Source: a virus
Lineage: Duplodnaviria > Caudoviricetes
Strand: one strand, 5' to 3'
IMG/VR virus record: IMGVR_UViG_3300021561_000002
Span: 1 to 64,000 of that record
DNA length: 64,000 nucleotides
Shown: positions 19,401 through 25,027 of the stretch, in pieces
Layout: the number at the start of each line of letters is the position of its first letter
Position numbering within the stretch: position 1 is the stretch's first letter
Notes under the pieces: generated by a model
The model's input: the letters and a program-made list of their open reading frames with translations, nothing else
The model's database searches: none
Told to the model about the DNA's origin: nothing
Program-made: the position numbers and the translations under genes

Positions 19401-19703
19401 AAGGTGGCGACCAAGAAGGAAGAGGGCGCGGTTCAGGCCCCGGTCGAGGTCCACAGCATCGACGACACCAAAATCCAGACGTGGTTCGAGCGCGACCGTC
19501 AGCATGTGGCTCTCGTGGACGCCGAGACCGAACAGAATACCATCATCGAGTGGTGGGACGAGGCCGTGACGGAAGCGGTGGAGGATGGTTTCCTGGACCC
19601 TCGTGACTATCACGGTTCGGCCTACGACTACGCCAAGAGTAATGGCCTCCTCATCGAGATGCCGTATGAACAACCGACGTGGGACGAAGCCTTTAGCCTG
19701 TGA
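16446..19703 (+). CDS. Modular acidic polyprotein B (1085 aa)
   Basis: About 12 modules separated by ASKRTA, AAKRVA, SSKRTA, GSRRTA, GSKRVA, AAKRTA, ASKRQA and SSKRKA linkers. Confidence 0.8.
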   Translation: MDRATRRALRRNTYALMAERVRREAQVSVTEEWAPDGTVKRTTKMDNSMPGEAELLLKMLSLAPPEAAEVVNDAKAKGILPEGNPAPAPTEEVVAEQGPAMQEDDQADVKGRVSEGKKDFRASGKRSFYPDVLMHKVFNVDAPVTASKRTADDSGVFAEGDLIRVTRGGYAGLTGKVLGYSRNDAYSVQLDGGQPGDGKGGQCEFYSSEMEKTASKRTAELRIKTTYEVVTPESAEAGDFEETGWHDEVGKTFSSVEEAASFLRNEGATEYSDSRPDFNQGYRGWYIGQPDNDYETGAETTKNYHLEGFSSDDARELHKLVTGQDTPPIDHGQQEMFAAKRVAVTREDFVNAATEQYLKSGVSYDEARQYAEDDADYIEGPAPEFTRYVHGPFDKASSKRTASFQVGDRVRITQYEHAGKEGELGSTNDYTNKVLVILDDGTRVRVWPGDLEKVGSRRTASFQVGDKVQTKDGRSPIFNVVEESRERGDGFTVYDRLVVVEANGQRYEMSEKDLVKVAYSRYSGDPFWMKVKYPTTCKRCGKSVQPGEEVFRFKDGSMYCDAPDCGQRESNSFNASAQDEAMFGGGMDEGMMEFGSKRVAADWESLLRKQRDAEGYVAAIKDTRGGETYWGKSGETHKELIFRVFMEQSDDKKDVRNLIIALDMYGIGSGPFSHIEAGFVDPEEGRFLSQDEMQNRMGGGGKGRIITEYLPSYQTAAKRTAQSTREYLETFFEEKQLPHQSWDITDQNGTMHYIDSDVVIEALLNAPPQEQEQAANIIRKIDFMNGDVNHFLKHLATGLVMNSSGGSEIFAMRRSLKTAGYSVRKGTKAEIEAIYPSLQMVSASGEANFSKPSFASIEDEISIGDNGSVTVFKGPDRSGVTGKWWELEGVPVEVYDRTASKRQADFKGGERVKINSDFAEFPYGFVESVNDDGTVKVVYDNEGTWGHGIGPARTFYLNELEKTSSKRKADDSRVPQVGDTVGKVTKVATKKEEGAVQAPVEVHSIDDTKIQTWFERDRQHVALVDAETEQNTIIEWWDEAVTEAVEDGFLDPRDYHGSAYDYAKSNGLLIEMPYEQPTWDEAFSL

Positions 19704-19724
19704 TTCCAAAGCCGTAAGGAGAAG

Positions 19725-22700
19725 ATGATGCGTACTCGCAAGACAGCCTTGACCGAGCAGTCCTTCAAGCAATCCCTGGAAGGAAAGGAGTTTATGTCTC
19801 CTTCCTGCGGAGGTCCAGTCCGCATCAATGGAGGGCGTGTCGTCCTCAATGGGTACGAGGACGTGACCGATTCCTGTGATTGGTCGAAGCTCATGGACGA
19901 ATACCAGGCGTGGAATATCGGCGGAGCGTATCAGCGCATGACGGCAAGCGACGCCAGCACGGAGTCTTCCAGGTACATCGCCCATATCGGGGACCGGGTT
20001 CGGTATCAGACCGAGGACGGCTCCGAGGGCGAGGGCATCCTTCAGGACGTTCAACTCGGGATGGACAATGGTTTCCATGACAACTTCTACATCATCAAGA
20101 AGGATGATGGCGAAGAGGCTCGAATCCCAACTTTCAGCCTGCTCATGTTCCAGAAGGTCTCCATGAAGAAAACCTCCGACATCAATCCCGATGATTACAG
20201 CTACGAGACTTACTACGATGAAATCGGAAAGCTCGACAGCGAAGGCCGCGAGGTGCGTTGGCTCAACGTTAACCGAACCGGCCCGAAAGGCTCGCATCAA
20301 GTCGCATCCATTCCCGTTCATGAAGGCCAGACTGACCCGATGAGGCTCATCGAAGACCTGAAGGCCGTGGACCGCATGGGCATGGAAGGCAGGGAATGGT
20401 CCGAGGCGTTCAATCGGGTGTTCGATAAGTACATGGTCCCTGGCATGGACGCCGTAATCTCTGCGAGTGGGATGGGCGAGTTGTATCGTTATTCCTCCGA
20501 GATGAAAAGGACCGCTTTGACCGGCTGGCTTGAAGGGATGACCGAGGACGAAGTCAAGGGGATGCCGGTTCAAGTGGTCTTCGAGGACCCGAGTGGTCGT
20601 GGCCTGAAGAGCGAGGAATATCCGAACTTCCAAGCCGCTCTTTCGGCGGGTCATGATTTCATCCGTCCGAACGATTGGCAGAATGCGATGAAGGGGGTTT
20701 CTTACGAGACCAATGCCACGGTTCTCCGATTCGAGAGCCCGGAAGCGTACCGCATTCTTTCTGCGTCGAAGAGGGTTAGGGTTGCGTGGTCAGGTCCGGT
20801 GAAGGTCGTGACCGACTCCTGCGACTGGTCGAAGCTCATGGACGAGTCTCAGGCGTGGAGCCTCGGCGGGGCGTACAATAAAATGGTCGCCAATAAAAAG
20901 ACGGCTGGCGCTACCGACATGGATGGGCAACCCATCGAGGTCGGAGATAAGGTTCGCGCTCAGTCCCTCTACAACGTTTCCGAAGGAGAGGGCCAGACGC
21001 ACGATGGCGGAACGGGAGTCGTGACGGAAATCAACGAACTCGGTCAAGTTCGCGTGAAGTGGGATGCTGGCTCCGAGGGAACCGGGGCCGACTGGAACGA
21101 GGGGGCCACTTTGTATGTGCGTCCTTCCGTTCAGATTTACGAGCCGTTTACCGGAACGAAGGTTCATGGCTCCATGACCGATGACCAGACTCGCGAGCAG
21201 ATTCTCTCCTTCGTCAAGGACTGCAAGGAGAAGGGGCGTAGCCGTACCGAGTGCATCTCCGACGCCTGTTTGCAGTACCGTGGCATGGACGACGCGGTGT
21301 ACGAGGTCGTGGACGAAGTGTACGGGAAGAACTCGAACGTGTGGGCTTCCAAGAAGACCGCCGCTGACGAGAGTGCCCTGAAGTTCTCCGCGACCGTCGT
21401 CGAGGACACCAACGACCCGAACGGTAGCGAGGGGATGTTCTTCGTCGATGTGAAGTGCACGGGGCCGGATGGCACGGTCGGCGAGTGGAGTGAGTGGTAT
21501 CCCGAAGCCGATGCCAAGAGGTATAGCGGCTTCATCAACCAGAACCCGACGTTCCAATACATGCAGGAACATCGCGGTTCTCCCGAGGCGGACATGATGC
21601 ACGAGGCATGGCAGGATTTCCGGTCCAAGGGTGGTCAACTCTACGCTTCCCGTAAGCCGAAACTCGGAGACCATGTTACCGGCATGAGTATCACCCTGGC
21701 CGGTAAGAACATCCGTGTGGCGGGTGTCCTGCTTCGCAATGAGTACGAGGACATCTACACGGTTCGCACGGCCAACGGGGACTACCCCGTCATCGAGCGT
21801 GACCTGAAGAGCGCCCCGAAGAAGTACGCCTCCATCGCCGACGAAATCCAAGACCTCAAGGGGCGGAAAGAGATGCTTGAGGTCGAGTATGACTCGGCTG
21901 AGACCGACGACCAGAAGGCGGCGTTTACCGCTCGCATCGACGAACTGGACCGGGAAATCAATGCTCTCGAAGCCAAGACCGCGATGACCGACCCGACGTT
22001 CTTCGGCCACGGTTTGAAGTGCGCCGAAATCGAGGGCGGCAACACCCCGACCTTGACTTCTCCTTCGACCGAGGAAATCTCGGACAACGCCGACGTTCCT
22101 CTCTCCATGCGCCCCAAGGGGGAGCCCGGCGAGGGCTCGGAGTACCGAACGAAGATTTCTAGGAGACGCCGCACGGCCGAAGACGCCATCAAGGCCGGAG
22201 ATGACGTGGTGGTTTTTGCCGACGCCGCTCACGAAATCGGTCAGTACGGCGGTAAGGTCGTTGAGGTCAAGCCCAACGGCTATGCGATGGTCGAGAGCTA
22301 TAAATTCCCAGGAGACCCGGAGGAAGTAGGGCTTGCCTGGGTTGAGAAAATCAGCCCCGAAGAGGCCGCTGATTGGGGCAAGGTCGGCTCGAAGCGAATC
22401 GCCGGACATAGGAGACGCCGCACGGCCGAAGACGCCATCAAGGCCGGAGATGACGTGGTGGTTTTTGCCGACGCCGCTCACGAAATCGGTCAGTACGGCG
22501 GTAAGGTCGTTGAGGTCAAGCCCAACGGCTATGCGATGGTCGAGAGCTATAAATTCCCAGGAGACCCGGAGGAAGTAGGGCTTGCCTGGGTTGAGAAAAT
22601 CAGCCCCGAAGAGGCCGCTGATTGGGGCAAGGTCGGCTCGAAGCGAATCGCCGGACAAACCATCTGCCGCAAATGCGGGGCCGTGTTTGTTCCGACCACC

Positions 22701-23378
22701 GACGACCCCGTTGAAGAGGCCGAGGACCTGGGATGGGAAATCGGGCAGATAGGCGGATACTTCACGTTCGAGAGGGAAATCGGGCAGATAGGCGGATACG
22801 TCACGTTCGAGAATAGCCTGTGCCCCGATTGCCGTAAACGCCGTAAGTCCGGCTCCGTTCGTTCCGCCGACAACGGTGCGGCCCCCACGATAGGCGGCGC
22901 TCCCGAAGGTCTCGATGACGTTGAGGGCGAAAAGAAAACGGCCGAGGTTGAACTCGATGAGAACATCTTCGAGAGCGAGGATGATGCTCCTCACCGTTTC
23001 CGTGGCGAGGAGAAGGACCAGTCAGTCATGCGTTCATCTTCGGACGGGGCCAAGGGCTACCAGTCAAGCGGGCCGTTCGTTGCCCCTCCCTCGGCGTTGC
23101 CGGGCGCGTATGCCTCTTGCCCGACCGGCATCCCGAAGGACGTGAAAGATGAAGTCATCGACGAATACGGCAAGGACAGCCCCAAGACCTACATGACCTT
23201 GAACAAAATCAAGGACGACATGAAGGAGGGCAAGACTGCCTCGTTCATGGGGGACCAGATGGACGAAATCTTCAAGGCCAAGGTCGAACAGTACGTGGCC
23301 GAGGGGATGAGTGAAGAAGAGGCCAAGAAGAAGGCCGAGGATGCGGTTCTGTCCGAATACTCCTTTTGGGCGGACTAA
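19725..23378 (+). CDS. Modular acidic polyprotein C (1217 aa)
   Basis: About 17 modules separated by RKTA, MKRTA, NKKTA, ASKKTA, RRRTA, GSKRIA and EKKTA linkers; contains exact internal duplications. Confidence 0.8.
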   Translation: MMRTRKTALTEQSFKQSLEGKEFMSPSCGGPVRINGGRVVLNGYEDVTDSCDWSKLMDEYQAWNIGGAYQRMTASDASTESSRYIAHIGDRVRYQTEDGSEGEGILQDVQLGMDNGFHDNFYIIKKDDGEEARIPTFSLLMFQKVSMKKTSDINPDDYSYETYYDEIGKLDSEGREVRWLNVNRTGPKGSHQVASIPVHEGQTDPMRLIEDLKAVDRMGMEGREWSEAFNRVFDKYMVPGMDAVISASGMGELYRYSSEMKRTALTGWLEGMTEDEVKGMPVQVVFEDPSGRGLKSEEYPNFQAALSAGHDFIRPNDWQNAMKGVSYETNATVLRFESPEAYRILSASKRVRVAWSGPVKVVTDSCDWSKLMDESQAWSLGGAYNKMVANKKTAGATDMDGQPIEVGDKVRAQSLYNVSEGEGQTHDGGTGVVTEINELGQVRVKWDAGSEGTGADWNEGATLYVRPSVQIYEPFTGTKVHGSMTDDQTREQILSFVKDCKEKGRSRTECISDACLQYRGMDDAVYEVVDEVYGKNSNVWASKKTAADESALKFSATVVEDTNDPNGSEGMFFVDVKCTGPDGTVGEWSEWYPEADAKRYSGFINQNPTFQYMQEHRGSPEADMMHEAWQDFRSKGGQLYASRKPKLGDHVTGMSITLAGKNIRVAGVLLRNEYEDIYTVRTANGDYPVIERDLKSAPKKYASIADEIQDLKGRKEMLEVEYDSAETDDQKAAFTARIDELDREINALEAKTAMTDPTFFGHGLKCAEIEGGNTPTLTSPSTEEISDNADVPLSMRPKGEPGEGSEYRTKISRRRRTAEDAIKAGDDVVVFADAAHEIGQYGGKVVEVKPNGYAMVESYKFPGDPEEVGLAWVEKISPEEAADWGKVGSKRIAGHRRRRTAEDAIKAGDDVVVFADAAHEIGQYGGKVVEVKPNGYAMVESYKFPGDPEEVGLAWVEKISPEEAADWGKVGSKRIAGQTICRKCGAVFVPTTDDPVEEAEDLGWEIGQIGGYFTFEREIGQIGGYVTFENSLCPDCRKRRKSGSVRSADNGAAPTIGGAPEGLDDVEGEKKTAEVELDENIFESEDDAPHRFRGEEKDQSVMRSSSDGAKGYQSSGPFVAPPSALPGAYASCPTGIPKDVKDEVIDEYGKDSPKTYMTLNKIKDDMKEGKTASFMGDQMDEIFKAKVEQYVAEGMSEEEAKKKAEDAVLSEYSFWAD
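22160..22657 (+). repeat. 249-bp exact tandem duplication (22160-22408 and 22409-22657)
   Basis: Two identical 83-codon units encoding RRRRTAEDAIKAGDDVVV...GSKRIAG. Confidence 0.95.
22735..22812 (+). repeat. 39-bp tandem duplication with one mismatch
   Basis: gggaaatcgggcagataggcggatac[t/g]tcacgttcgaga x2; encodes EIGQIGGY[F/V]TFE. Confidence 0.9.
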
Positions 23379-24985
23379 TGAACAAGACCGCTACCATCTT
23401 CGATAAGAGTGGGCTCATTGCCCTTCAGCTTGGAATGACCGTTGAGGTTCAGACCAATCCGTACTGGTACGGAGAAATCGTGGACATCGAAGGTCGTGAG
23501 GGACAAGAGAAGGTCGAGGTCGAAGGTCTCCATGAACCGAAGAGGGAATGGGTCTCGGTTAAGGACGTAGTGGCGTGGAAGGGCAAAACTGAAGGCTCGA
23601 AGAGGACTGCCATGTTCAACAAAGGCGACCGCATCAAGTTCGTTGGCGACTTCCCGGCTGGCTCGGTCGGCGAGAAGTATCGCAATGAAGGGTCGGAGGG
23701 CGTCGTTCAGGGAGAGGGATACGACCCCGATTATTTCGACCTTGAGGGCAACGGTCCTACGGGTAGCGATGGTCAATACTCCGTCCTCATGGATGACGGG
23801 TATGACCTCATGGTGCCGGAAAAGAACTTGGAGAAGGTGGCCTCGATGAATAAGACATCCGCTATCGACAGTAATGGTCAGGAACTCAAAGTCGGCGATA
23901 TGGTCCGGGTGTTAGGCTTCGCAGGAGAGACAGTAGAGGCCGAAGTCACGAGCGTCACCGAAAGGCAAATCCAGGTCTCTTGGGTTGAGGACGGGATGAA
24001 GATGGCGACGAACATCTGGACCGATGGGCGTAGCAAAATTGAAAAGGTTGCCGCTTGGCGGTCGGGCAATCACCTTCGCCTCGCCTCCAAGAAGACCGCA
24101 TGGAACCCCGAAGGAACCGATGCCACTCCGAATGCCGAAAAAATCATGCGGGCTTTCGATGATGTCGAAAGAGAAACCGGTGCTCAGTCCGGCACGGCCG
24201 TCCGTGAGGAGCCGTGGGCCTCGAAGTTCCTGGCCCACTTTGTTGCTGACGGTTGCAAACCGGCGAGCGACGACGACCTGAAGGCCCTCGAAGATTACAA
24301 CTATCACTCGGCCATCTACATCCTCACGATGAACGGACTCGTGACCGGGAACTACTACACGAAGTCCACTTATGGCTCGAAGAAGACCGCCAGCGAACTC
24401 ACCGACGCCATCGGGGAGCCCATCCTGGTCGGCGACAAAGTTCTCGATACGGAGACGGACGAAGAGGGCGATGTCATCGAGGTTTCAGGCGTCGAGGCTT
24501 TCATCGAATGGTTGTCTTCCGGTCGTCAGGAGTGGACGACGGGCGACATGCTCGTCAAGGCCATGAAGAAGGAAGCCGAATACTTCGAGGACGAAATCTT
24601 CGATGAGGACACGACCGACGACGAGGGCGCTTTCAACCCGAACTCTTCTTCCGCCGTGAGTCATTCGTTCGCCGTCGGAGACATCCTTCATGGTTCCTTT
24701 GGGTATGACGAGACCCACAACTACTTCGCAGAGGTCACGGGCCTCGTGGGGTCCTCTACGTTACTCGTTCGCCCAATCTCTTACGAGCAGGTCGGGGAGA
24801 TGGAAGACAGATTTTCAAGCAGGGTTCGTCCGATTCCCGGAAAATACATTGGCCCCGAGGTTCGTACGAGAGTTAACCGTAGCGGGAACTACGCTAAGGT
24901 TCCGGTTCCGAACATTAGCGAAATGATGTCGGCCAGCAAGTGCAATCCGAGCGACACGTTCTACGCCTCGTCTGGTTTTCATTGA
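23378..24985 (+). CDS. Modular acidic polyprotein D (535 aa)
   Basis: ATG 23378 overlaps the stop of polyprotein C (TAATG); modules separated by NKTA, GSKRTA, EKVA, ASKKTA and GSKKTA. Confidence 0.8.
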   Translation: MNKTATIFDKSGLIALQLGMTVEVQTNPYWYGEIVDIEGREGQEKVEVEGLHEPKREWVSVKDVVAWKGKTEGSKRTAMFNKGDRIKFVGDFPAGSVGEKYRNEGSEGVVQGEGYDPDYFDLEGNGPTGSDGQYSVLMDDGYDLMVPEKNLEKVASMNKTSAIDSNGQELKVGDMVRVLGFAGETVEAEVTSVTERQIQVSWVEDGMKMATNIWTDGRSKIEKVAAWRSGNHLRLASKKTAWNPEGTDATPNAEKIMRAFDDVERETGAQSGTAVREEPWASKFLAHFVADGCKPASDDDLKALEDYNYHSAIYILTMNGLVTGNYYTKSTYGSKKTASELTDAIGEPILVGDKVLDTETDEEGDVIEVSGVEAFIEWLSSGRQEWTTGDMLVKAMKKEAEYFEDEIFDEDTTDDEGAFNPNSSSAVSHSFAVGDILHGSFGYDETHNYFAEVTGLVGSSTLLVRPISYEQVGEMEDRFSSRVRPIPGKYIGPEVRTRVNRSGNYAKVPVPNISEMMSASKCNPSDTFYASSGFH

Positions 24986-25010
24986 CGAGAATTGATGGTA
25001 TAGGTACAGT
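24982..25010 (+). promoter_or_regulatory. Putative sigma70-type promoter upstream of the portal gene
   Basis: TTGACG-17 bp-TACAGT. Confidence 0.45.
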
Positions 25011-25027
25011 AGAACGAAGGGGAAACA

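Noticed and set aside
13366-22812. Direct repeats read as a CRISPR array or a DGR template/variable repeat pair
   Set aside because: The repeats are long, in-frame coding duplications without spacers. They show no adenine-specific mismatches, and there are no cas or reverse transcriptase genes in the window.
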